A DNA stretch of 64,000 nucleotides, from NCBI GenBank assembly GCA_013265495.1, contig MU058687.1:4462093-4526092 (forward strand). Reading direction: 5' to 3'. Origin of the DNA: Vicugna vicugna. Its lineage: Eukaryota. The translations under genes were made by a program, and so were the position numbers. The notes under the pieces were generated by a model. The model was given only the letters and a program-made list of their open reading frames with translations. It had not been told where the DNA came from and did no database searches. Shown here piece by piece: positions 53,331 through 64,000 of this stretch (positions within the stretch are counted from its first letter, which is position 1; each line of letters opens with the position of its first letter).

Positions 53331-55893
53331 CTGGTGCCAATATCTTGGATAGGGGAGAAGAAGAATCTTTTAAAAAGTCTTAGCACCCTGGCTAGCAGAA
53401 AAGAAAGAAAAGGTAGGACTGAGAAAGCACCGGCTTTCTTAGGATACTGATTTATTTTGGAGAAGACAACAGAGCAGGTTATAGGTGATTATTTATTTCT
53501 GGAAGCCCTTTTCCATAAGAAACTAGGTGACCTAAAATGATACATTATTATTTTTTTTTTAGCACAGTTGTTTTCATGTGACAAAGACATGCAGGCCTAG
53601 TGTGGATCATTCTAAATCTTGCCCTTGCATTTGGTTGAAGTGACTGTGGAGTGTCCATGTCACAAGCTGGGGGTTCTTGTTTGCTCGTGAGGACTCCTGA
53701 TGATAACTCCTTAATTTTATTCCTGAGCCCTGTCGCCCAGGAGTGGAGATCTGTCCTGATAATAATCAAGGTCAGGTCCAGTTCCTGAAATGGAAAGAAG
53801 GATGAAAATTGTGTATTTTTCTCCCTAGTGCTTGCCTATAGCTTTCTCCACGCCCACCCTCTCCCCCCACCACCTCTGTCAGCAGTAGTAAGATGTGCTG
53901 TGTTGGAAAGGGGCAGGCCTGGAAGGTTGACACAAACACTTGGTGCTTCTCTTAAGTCTCTTCTCACTGGATGAATGGGAGTGAGAGAAGACGTGACTAT
54001 GGCCCCCAACTAATTCCTGGACCTGTTCCCAAACTGAGTGACTTGCTGAGAAAGCAGCAAGAGCTCCTTGTGGTCTAACCAAAGCCACCCCTTCACACTT
54101 TCAGTGTTAGTCCAGTTGTCCACCTTCCATGGGGGGGGTTGCCCTCTAAGCTGGCTACGCAGGAGCCACCCCCCCCACATAAGCCAAAAATAAAGACTGC
54201 TGTTTCTCTGCAGATACCATTAGCCCAATTAGAGCAAAAACAATTGCAGAAAAATTACAGCCTCATTAAATACAAGCAGGGTAAACTCCAGTAAGGCCAA
54301 CTAAATCAATTATACAATTAAAAACATTACTCAAATATCAAAATAAATTGAAACCACCAATCATTTACATGAAGGCAGAAACCATGTGGTGGCTACCACT
54401 TGAGGCAGTAAATCAAAGTTCCAGATTCCAGTTCAGTGACACAGGTAACAAGTGGTGCTTCATGCTGATACCAGATGAAATGAAACTAGTTTTTGAAGGG
54501 TTGCTTGACTCCACGAAAAGTAAAAGTGTTCTTCTAAAAGTCCTTTGGTTTGAAATATGGTCAGGCTTTGAAAGAATTCTAAGTCTTTGGTATTAATTGA
54601 CAGGAGATATGTATTTATTAAAATAAGTGTCACATAGTGGTGAATAGAGCCTGGCTGATTGATGTCAGCATTTGATTTATCCTCAGCTGAAGGTGCCAGA
54701 CTATTAAGCCTGCATTACTGTACCAGTGATACCATTTTGCCTCTGGTGGGTGAGAGAAATCTCCAGGTCAGGCTTTGTAAAGCCTGTCACTTTGCATAAT
54801 TTTCTATAGTAACATTCTTAGGGGTAAGTTTCAGGACAGAGGCGAGTCTAGAGCTCCAGTTCCATGATCCACACAGGCCTTGGACTTGATGATATTCTGG
54901 AAGGAAAGAGCACCGTTTAAGGAGCTGAGACAAAAGAAACCATCTAAACTTGTGGCCGACTCAAGTTAGAAGCTCAAAATCGCAGGACCTCGTGGAAGCC
55001 AGTCTTTGAGAGATGAGATTCTCACCAATTTGTGAGGTCCTTCAGGGTAGATCCAGCCACCACAAATCTGTTAACAACTCCCTGGTGACTGAGAAAACTG
55101 GCCCAGAGCACACAGACTCAACCTGAGTCCCTCCACTAGGTTGTCAGTGAATTTATGCCACATCACTTTTCTAATCTGCAACTTTTGGAAGCCAGTGTAC
55201 TTTACTTTCTTTTCAAAACTGTCGTTTTATGTTTCCATGCTATAAAAGTAACATGTTCTCATTGTATTTTTAAAAGTGAGAAATAAAGAAAAGTTAAAAA
55301 AAAAAGTAATGACTCCCATCCTCCCAAAACAACTGTGCTAATAATTAGGCTTCTTGCATCCCTCATTTTTTTTCCCTCTAGCCACTTTTATGTTTCCATA
55401 TTGTGTATTTGGGTCTGTTTTCATCTATGAGCCACTTGCTGTTTTGAACAGGGATTTTTCTACAGACACCGTGCTCTTCCTTTTTTCCTTCTTTCACTAG
55501 ACAGTCATTCACTGTGCTCAGCACTGAGAGGGCAGAAATAGAACATTTCTAAACTTTATTTGTAGTCAGCTGGTTGGAGACCAGTAGCAGCTATCCTGGA
55601 TTAACATCCTCTTCTTATTTGTACTTGAAAATCCTTTCTCTGAACCTCACACTCTTTATTTGGTAACCAACAGAAATACAGTGAACTTCATTGGTGTGTT
55701 TATTTTCAACCAGCTTAACGTTTCTAGCTCCTGCAGACCCTTAAATACCAGTGCACATGTAATTTTTTTGTGTATGTGGGAAAGAGGCAATGATGGGAAG
55801 TTTTGCATAAGAAGTGTGGTGTTAGTGTGATAAGTGGGAGAGGGGTAGAAGATCCTGAAATGAGGCCCATGGGCTTACATTTTATTTTACTCT

Positions 55894-56033
55894 TTTTTTT
55901 TTTTAATTTTATCTTTGGGAGGAGGTACTTAGATTTACTGATTGGTTTATTTTTAAAGGAGGTACTGGAGATTGAACCCAGGACCTTGTGCATGCTAAGC
56001 ATGTGCTCTACCCCTTGAGCTATACTCTCCCCC
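55894..56033 (-). mobile_element. tRNA-Ala-derived SINE, camelid Vic-1-like, with poly(A) tail and target-site duplication
   Basis: The minus strand reads GGGGGAGAGTATAGCTCAAGGGGTAGAGCACATGCTTAGCATGCACAAGGTCCTGGGTTCAATCTCCAGTACCTCC (A box, AGC anticodon-like loop, B box), then an AT-rich tail and A-run; the direct repeat attttactct lies at 55884-55893 and 56037-56046. Confidence 0.9.
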
Positions 56034-57489
56034 AACATTTTACTCTCGACCACTCCTAAGTCATTTCGCGATGTCCTGTGCATCCCAGACCTAAAAATCT
56101 AGGGTTCACAAAGCCATGAGATTGAGGAAGCCTGCTGATGACCACTGTGATATGAAACCTTTCCTGATTGTGAGAAGATGGGGAGGAGGTGGAAAATAAG
56201 TTCCCAGGGCACAGCTTGATTTGCCAGAAAAACTTAGCTTCTTACTAACTGGGCATCTTGATCACATGCGGCCTAACAGCTGGCTCATTGCACCCTGACC
56301 TCAGCTTTTCTTTCTAAAGCCATTTAAATACCACTGTTTTCAAAACATATCTCCGTTTTTATAAAATGATTTTTGAAACCCAAGCTAGATTTTCTTCCTC
56401 TGTTTGAAAAAAGGAATTTGACAAATTTAAAAATATGATTATGAACGCACCTAAGGAAGAGAGATCCCTGTCTTGGGAACTTTCAGCTGAAGTACTTCAG
56501 TCACTTTTACTGAAATATCATCATGAGGAAAATCTAAAACCCAGTGAGCTCACCAGTGATTCTTGGGCTGCGACGATATTTTAGAGGAGCATACACCTGA
56601 AAAAATCTCTAATGTTTTGTCTTGGTAGATTTCTTCTTCACTTGTCCTTCTTAAGGCTGTCATGAGAAACTGCTCATGGGTGATTTGTAGGAGATTTTTC
56701 CTTCACTCCGTTCTTCTCAGAGCATCGTTTAGTTTATCTTGCATTTGAAATGCAGAGGCCCAAGGCTGGTGGAAACCCCGAAGAGAAGACGATGGAAGAC
56801 CAAATCACTGTGAAGCTGAAAATCCAGATTTGGAAGGAGTAGCAGCCTCACCGATGAAGTCTGAATGACACTGCTTGCGTTGCCTGGGGCTCTCCAAGTG
56901 GAACTGTGGTCAGGCAGGGCTGGCCACGGTGCGCAGGGCATGGAGTTGACCAATACGCCGTGAAGTCTTTCCCACTTCACTCCTCTAGCGTTTAGTGCTC
57001 ACCTATGCCTCTTACCTCTTGTGATTATTCTGCATTTTCTTACATGCCTATAAACCAGGGTGGTTTTGAGACAGGGTAATGCATAACTCAGTCCACTTAA
57101 TTTGGGATGGGAATGGTTCCCAGTGGTACACAAGCACAACCTATGTAAACGTACCTCGTAGCCTCGTTGTCAGTGCCTGACTGGAATTAGGGGGCAGGGA
57201 CTATGGAATAGAAGACGTTTTCAGTAAGTATTCAACTTACTGACTAAGTCAGGAGACCAGTCCCGAATCCGCTGACTGGTAACCAGGAGGAGGGAATTGG
57301 TTTCCCAGGAGTGAAAGCTGCCTACAAAACACATGCTATTCGACAGCGTGGGTTTTTGTTTTTAAACATTTGAAATCATGTAATGTTTTCTGGTGGATCA
57401 TGTGCTCTCAGGTTTTGTCTCAGTTCCCATCACTCTGGGTTTTTTGTGGCACCTTGTTCACATGTTTACGATACCTGCCAGGCCGCTGT

Positions 57490-57670
57490 AGGAGTTTTGA
57501 TATGTGACTTGGCCTTTCTGGACCTCATTTAACCTCTCTAAACTGCAGTTCTCTCATCTGTAAAATTGCCATCCTACCTGCCCTGCTTACCTCATGAGAC
57601 CTTCCGATGATCTAAAGAGGTAATGTAGGCAAAAGGACTATAGAGATTACAAAGCACAATATAATGGAAT
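57490..57670 (+). mobile_element. MIR SINE
   Basis: tgtgacttgg...catttaacctctctaaactgcagttctctcatctgtaaaat...ctacctg...acctcatgag...tctaaagaggtaatgta. Confidence 0.8.
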
Positions 57671-58279
57671 TTATCATCACTGAATTAATAATGTTACAGT
57701 TATTATTTTGATGGTATTGAAATGTGGTCAAATCCAAGTAAATGTAAATCTTCTTGACTTTCATCTTACAAAACTGAAACTTCATCTTGCAACTGATTGG
57801 CAGACCAGACTGAAACCTGCAGAATGTTAAATTTCTGGACACGTCTTCACTCTCTTTATATTCCTCTGTGGATTTCTTGTGACTATACAAAGAAATGAAG
57901 AGGCCACCTCGCAGGTTACCTTTCATTCAAGAGGTTGTGGCATCATATCCATTGTCAAGTTCTGGATGTTGCCCTCCCCATCACAGAAAATTGGTGTCAC
58001 GTGGAGAAACCCTTCTTCATTCTTGACCCCTGCTTCCTCTGTGGTGAGCATCCACCTACAACTGGAGAATAGGAATCTGAAACCACGTGTGTTAGAATGG
58101 AAGAACCCATCGCAAGGACCGAAGCTTAAGATATATTTAGCTCTTGAACATTATGAATCTGTCTTGTATTCCTTGATAAAATATTAAGCAAAATGATAGA
58201 CACAATATAGACTATGCAAAACCCTGTAGGATTGGCATGATTTGAGTACTCATTCAAAGGTGAGCCATGAAGAAGGGCC

Positions 58280-58740
58280 ATGCCGTATTTGCTATACCTG
58301 TGTCATCTGAGTACCACCTTCACCATTTTTGTCATATCCACTTGTCACCTGTGCTTTCATTTATGTCTTTAAGTTGATTCATTTTACTTAAAAATAAATA
58401 CATTTATTTTAAAAGCTAAATGTATAACCACAAGGTAAATGGAGAGTCAGTATCACTTCTCATAAAGATAATGGTAAATATAAAGGCAATAGAAAAAATA
58501 TTATTATACATTAGCTACATATTGTCACCTGCCAAAACCAAGACCTATTCTCTCCTTATAAGAAAGAAAGAAAGGAAAGAAAGAAAGGAAACTGATAAGA
58601 CTTAAGCTCTTAATGACCTTTAAGCACCAATTTTCTCTATGAAGAGATAAGGATCAAGAGAAAATTTAGAAGTTAATAATTTTGCATATGCTTTAGTATT
58701 TGGTACATTTATTATGACTTTAAGTCATTTAACACATCAA
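58280..58740. mobile_element. hAT-Charlie element (MER113-like), degenerate
   Basis: ctgagtaccaccttcaccatttttgtcatatcc...tttattttaaaag...aaatggagagtcagtatcactt...agctacatattgtcacctgccaaa. Confidence 0.55.
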
Positions 58741-58964
58741 ACATAGTCATCAGAGGCATTGGGGTATTCAGCTATTCAGATGAGATATGGAGATTTTATC
58801 ATTATTTGTAGATGTTTTCAATAATGTCATGTAAACTGCTGGGAAGTTATATCTTTTCAGTTTTATTTAAAAAAAACTCTTCTTTGGCTCATTTCTTAAC
58901 TAAAGGAATAAGGGACTTTTTTTCTTTAAGCCAGCGTCTTCATTATGAATAATAAAACAACTAC

Positions 58965-59190
58965 CCCAACAAGAAACAACTAAATGATTGTTTATTCAGA
59001 CACCAGTGGAAGTGCTTTGGATGGATATTCTAAGTTAATTCTCATAACAGTTCTATAAAGTAAATGCTATTGAAGTACCCATTTTACAGATGTGGAAAAT
59101 AAGGCTATGTAGAATTTATTAGTTTGCTATGATCACATAGCTAGTAAATCAGACAATCTGATTCTGGAGCCTACAATCTTAACTCTATCT
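58965..59190 (-). mobile_element. MIR SINE
   Basis: ttaattctcataacagttctataaagta...cccattttacagatgtggaaaataaggct...gatcacatagctagtaa...ctgattctggagcc. Confidence 0.85.
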
Positions 59191-59749
59191 GAAATAATCT
59201 TATTGCTAAGAAAAAAAAAAAGACTAAGTATAGTAAGAGGCCATAGTTCATTGTTTGGTTTTTTTTTTTTTTTGAAAGTATGTTATTGCCTACCTCAGTG
59301 AAATTAACATTGACATTCTGAAATTGCTGTACCTTTGAAAGATCAAATTTTACAACTTGGATTTAGGTTCAGGAAGTAAAGTAAATAAATTAATACATAT
59401 CCAACAACAACAAAAATCTTTTACTGATTATTTTTGTCTTTCTTTTTGTTTTCTTTTTTCAAATGAATGTTCAACCAACCAACTTCCTTCCTTCCTTCCT
59501 TCTTTCCCCCTAGTGCATTACTTTACTTAAATTCCTTAGTAGGATGCTGTTTTATTAACAAGACTGTGAAGACAAACTTGAGAGTAAAGTTCTTAGGGAA
59601 GCTATAGACCAAGGAAAAGTAAAAATTCCAGAAGTCTACAGAACCCAGGTGAAGAGGACTGTGTCTAAAATTGCCAGTAAAGACTCCCACCAGCATTTCA
59701 CTCCATGCCCTTTTATCATTACCCCCTTCCTATTTCCCCTTTCTTTATG

Positions 59750-59945
59750 CAGGGTTTCTCAGCCTCAGTACTGTTAACACTGTGGGCCAGATGCTTCTTC
59801 ACTGGCAGTTGTTGTCTTGTGCTTCATGGGGTGCATAGCAGTACTTCTGGGCTTTCCCCACGAGATGCCAGTAGTATCCCCCCAAGTTGTTATGATCAAA
59901 AATATTACCAGACTTGACAAAATTATTCCTGGTGAAGAACCACAG
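59750..59945 (-). mobile_element. MER20 (hAT-Charlie MITE), internally shortened
   Basis: cagggtttctcagcctcagtactgttaacactgtgggccagat...agatgccagtagtatccccccaagttg...ccagacttgacaaa...gaagaaccacag. Confidence 0.85.
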
Positions 59946-62900
59946 CTAGGGGTTACCTGGGTTCCTGCAGCTTTGCTGCTCATTTTGCTGTTAATTGGTA
60001 TCTGCTATTGTTGCTGGAAATCAGAAAAGAAATGGACAACACTGTGAGTGCTTTTTGATTAATCTAAGGTTTTCGGAATTCTAGGGGCTTTTTTTTTTTT
60101 TGCCAGCATAAGCTGTGTTTTTGTGTTTGCATAATTAGAAGTAGCAGCAGATCCTCATTTTGTCATGTAATGGCTCTGGTGACGTGAGCCAGCAGACATC
60201 ATACTCACAGATTCCCCTCTAGCTTGTGATAGTTGCCCTATCACTACTTAGGGAAACACTCCTGAAGCCTTTTGGAGTCCCCAGACATCATTTCATGGAT
60301 AAATGACTCAATATTCACCACAATACCATTTCAGGTTCTCACCTGTTAGACCAGTAAAAGAACTTGGGGGTACTTCATTGGGAAGGATGAGGGAACAGAG
60401 GAAAGTGAAAATACAAAGCAGGACTTGGAACAAAAGACTTGAGAAAGATTTTAGAGCAGATAGGTGTTTGTGATGGAACCTAGTGAGCACCACTTGTTAC
60501 CTGTTGCACTTGGAAATTGCCTATTTGCATAATATTTTTCTGAGCTGCTGCCATACTAAGGCTTAGCTGAGAATGAGGTGACAATTTAGTAAAGATCCAC
60601 TCTTAGAAGCAAGTCCTTTTTTTGTAATAATGCTTTTGGGTGCATTGAAAAGATACTAATTTTTTTTTTCATCATGTCCTCCTATTTTCAGCTCCTACTC
60701 TGCTCTCACTCAGATGCATGATTGGTTTTTTTCTATCGTTTATGCCTAGAGACCTTCTAGATTTATCCTCTCTTTGAACTATTTCTTTCTACTTCCCTAC
60801 AATGAAAACCAGTGTTCAAAGAAAAATGTTCAAGTCATTTAGGAAAGTCTGATAAGGTAGCTTGTGCCTTTCTAAAACACGAAAGTTATTACTAATTGAT
60901 ACTTTGATATATTTGCTTTAAAGCACTGCTCCTGCATATTTAATAGTGAGACTGAGGAATTAGTTAAAATGGGATAAATGTAGGGGAGAAGTTATTTTGA
61001 GAACCTCACAAATATCTGTTGTTATGATGAATGAAGCTGATCAAGGTTTTTTACTGCTGCAACCCAAACAAAAAAATTATTTACTGGAACACATGATTTA
61101 ATGTTGTTATTAATGAAATTTACTTGTTTCACCCAACTACTTCATAAGCACCCTTCTTTACTGCTATCTCTTGTTTCTGTGTCTTAGATGTGTGGCTTTA
61201 TCATTCATCAGTGCCAAGGTTTGAGGATAGCAGTATAACTAAATAGTTATTTTCATCTACATATATGTCCTATGCTATGTTCTAAAATTCACAGTGGGGA
61301 GTGGAAAAGGAGGACACAGGTTGACTCTGGTGAAGAACCACCCATGAGTTATTTTAAGTGGATTGGAGAGTTCAAGTCTGCAGAAACTTTCAAATGTCAT
61401 CTACTAGAGACTTCAAAATAAAATCCTTTGAAAAGAGATGGATTGTAGGATACAATGCTACCAGAAATCATAAGTGTTACCAACTCAGACCCTTTAGAAC
61501 CTATTGAGACTCAGTGGAGTGAAATGACTTGATGTAAATTCCCACAGCTGGTTGAAAGAATTTGAGGCAACCTCTTCCTTTCTTGGGTCCCAGCATTACC
61601 CAGAGCTTCTCCTTGTCAGCCTTAACCTCTGCTGCAATAACACTCCTTTGAAGGTGCTTACAAGATGGCTTCATTTCAAACAATGAAACATAGTTCAGGG
61701 GCTTCCTAAAATGCAACAGTTAAGTTGAAGCTGGAATTTTTAAGCCTGGAACTTTGAAATAATCATATGCAAAAGGAAATAGAAACTCTTTACATGCATT
61801 CTTAAGCTGTGAGTGAGATTTTTATTGCCATTATGATTTTAGCCCTTTCGCTGACCTGGATCTCCCCCTCCCCAGCTCTTTTAATGAGTCAGTTCTATGT
61901 AGGGTCAGCATAATTCAACACATTGGACAGCATAATTCATCACACTGGAGGTGCTCCACCGATTTTGTTGCTTTTTTTTTAACCTGCATCTTCACATGTG
62001 GTTTCTGATTGTGCTTACAAGGCACATTGAACTACACATACTCTCTCAACTCCAGAATCTGTCACCTTAAAGCAGAGCCAACTCCTTTCCTCCTTTGCTC
62101 AATGGATGATGGGGTTGATGGCTGTTCTTTGCACATATTCATGTTGAGTAGGTGCTGTATAACATCACTTGTTCTTTTTTTAATGTGACTCACGACCAAA
62201 TTACCCCAGCTTTCAGTAATCTCAAGGAAAAAAAAAAACACTTGCCATCTGCAATTTACTGCTTTTAACCTGAAAAAAAATAGGATCTAAAATGATACTC
62301 AGATACTTAAGAGGCTTCACGTGTTATAGGCAGAAGCTGGCAGATGGCACATGGTGGTAGGCTGGTGCAACACAAGAAGGAAAGGCAGAGCTGAGTAGAC
62401 AGTTGTGTGGAAAAGCTTGGGAAAGGGTTGTGACCATTTTTTTAACCAGAGATAATTAATTACTTCCTCTATTCTCCAAATGGCCAGTTTATAGATGTTC
62501 TCAGTAACACTTTGCAGTTGATCTTCGGGGAGGGAACCTGTAAGTAATGATGCAGGAGGTCTTCACTTAGGTCTGTTGATCAGGGGACTATCTTAACCCT
62601 TAGTTTTAAGCCATTCAATTTGGAATGATGTAAGATTCTTTTCTCTCTTCTTTGTATAACACATTTACTTGGATTTCTGTAACTGGAGATTAACGTTCCT
62701 CTTTTAAATAACATCACAATTTCCCTTGGGGATGAGGGAGCAAAGAGCATTTCTTTGTGGAACATTTCTTAAAACTTTGTTTTTTGTGGACATATTATTC
62801 AGCTCTGATGATATGTAACATAGTAGACTTTCAGGAAATATTTATGAAATATTGACACTGGGAAGACTTTATATATCCTTCTTAATCCCAGATTCCAGAA

Positions 62901-63314
62901 ACTTGTACATTTTAGGATTTCAGAGAATTCGGCCCTGTCAACTTTATGCTGAATATAAGAGACATTTGACATCCAGTTGCTTCTGTCAGCATTTTCCAAC
63001 GTAGATTACAAGGCAGAAATATCCTGATGGGCATATCTTTGACACATAGTGATTATTTGAATTGATTTTAACAACATCCCATTTAGAAAGACTGAAAGGA
63101 CAAATGCAGCTGGATGTGTGTGGTAAAGTATGTACAGTGTGTATTTTGAAATATCTTTTAAGTTACAAGAATGTGGGTGATACCATTCACTTACTGCTGA
63201 AAACCTCTCAGTTGAACAAAGACAAGTATTTGCTTTGTTCCCTGATACACTCCATGCGTAATTTAAAATGGCAGAGCTAAGCCTCGGGTCTGTAGACCTT
63301 TGCTTTGGGAGACA

Positions 63315-63335
63315 GGAGCTGTCCGTGGTCCTGAA
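63315..63335 (-). promoter_or_regulatory. RE1/NRSE element (REST/NRSF binding motif)
   Basis: The minus strand reads TTCAGGACCACGGACAGCTCC versus consensus TTCAGCACCACGGACAGCGCC (19/21). Confidence 0.7.
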
Positions 63336-63742
63336 TGGCTTAAGCTTTGGTACGGATAGACACAGAATGCCAAGGAAAGTGGCTGGAATCTCTTGACCTG
63401 CATTGACTTTAGTAATAAAGGCCCTGGAATAATGGAGTCCCAGGGAATTTAGCAAAGTAAGAGTAGAGATGGGTGGTTAGGAGTAGCCCAGACCATAGTT
63501 CAAAGCCCAGCAACATCTAAGCTGCAGATTCAGCTATAAAGTTTGAGCCCCATGGTTTATCCCAAGGCAGCAGTTTTCGAAGGTGGTTTTAAATAGTCTT
63601 AACAAATGCAACTACATTACCTGAGGTGATGAGCTTGCCTCACTTTTAAGGCAAGTGGCATTGAGCCTGCTTATTATTATTTGAATTACCAAATCTAAAG
63701 ACCAAGCCAGGTGCTGAGGTACTGAGGTACTGAAGCTGTGGC

Positions 63743-63932
63743 CTCTTTCCTGTTCTCTTCTCTCCCCTTCTGTCCTTTTCCTTCCTCACCTTGCCTCCCT
63801 TTTCTTTTCCTCTCTTCTCCCTTCCTTTTCTTTTCTCTCTCACTTCCACCTCTCCCTTTATTTTCCACTTTCTTTTCTCTTTTCTTCTCTTTCCTTCTTT
63901 GTCTCTCTACCTGTCTCTCTATGTCTCCCTTC
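63743..63932 (+). repeat. Polypyrimidine (CT-rich) low-complexity tract
   Basis: ~190 nt C/T-rich; the K/R/E/G-rich minus-strand ORFs here are a by-product. Confidence 0.9.
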
Positions 63933-64000
63933 AAGTTAACTCTGAGCCAACATTCAAATTTGGTAATTCAGGGATATGGGTCTTTATGGGTTTCATCTTT

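Noticed and set aside
55958..56033. tRNA-Ala gene on the minus strand
   Set aside because: It carries a SINE tail, poly(A) and TSD and has a degenerate cloverleaf, so it is a SINE head rather than a tRNA gene
56757..56870. Purine-rich exon-like segment after tgcag
   Set aside because: Weak polypyrimidine tract, stops in all three frames within ~115 nt, no good donor and no recognisable peptide
63006..63455. Longest ORF in the track (149 aa)
   Set aside because: Non-ATG start, no domain similarity I recognise and no exon-like boundaries
63646..63934. Lys/Arg/Glu-rich ORFs
   Set aside because: These are translations of the purine strand of a low-complexity tract
1..64000. Assigning a host gene or transcription direction from repeat orientation bias
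   Set aside because: Many L1/SINE/MIR copies are antisense to +, but LTRs and L2s are mixed and no exon is recognisable, so the call is not supportable without alignment

Overview
This is 64 kb of AT-rich, CpG-depleted eutherian non-coding DNA (intronic or intergenic). I recognise no protein-coding gene, RNA gene or prokaryote-type system, and the ORF track is essentially chance ORFs plus one L1 ORF2 C-terminal remnant. A young tRNA-Ala-derived SINE (Vic-1-like, with a target-site duplication) and the absence of recognisable Alu, B1/B2, BovA/BovB, PRE-1 or Can-SINE copies point to a camelid genome (inference). The window is dominated by ancient repeats: MIR, L2, old L1 3' ends, MaLR/ERVL solo LTRs (MLT1-type, LTR16A), and hAT/Tigger elements (MER20 x3, MER5A, Charlie1b, MER94-like, MER113-like, MER2B, a Tigger1 derivative). 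Family names come from my recall of consensus sequences, and most boundaries are approximate. The most notable unexplained signals are: (1) a twice-present ~80-100 nt imperfect hairpin element whose 50-nt 3' part is 100% identical between copies while the adjacent 28 nt differ at 8 sites; (2) a ~320-bp tandem duplication; (3) a near-consensus REST/RE1 site; (4) a tight cluster of five HRE/E-box motifs; (5) homeodomain/PBX-MEIS-rich enhancer-like blocks; and (6) three splice-site-bounded + strand exon candidates, one encoding a transmembrane-like peptide. None is proof of a new biological system.
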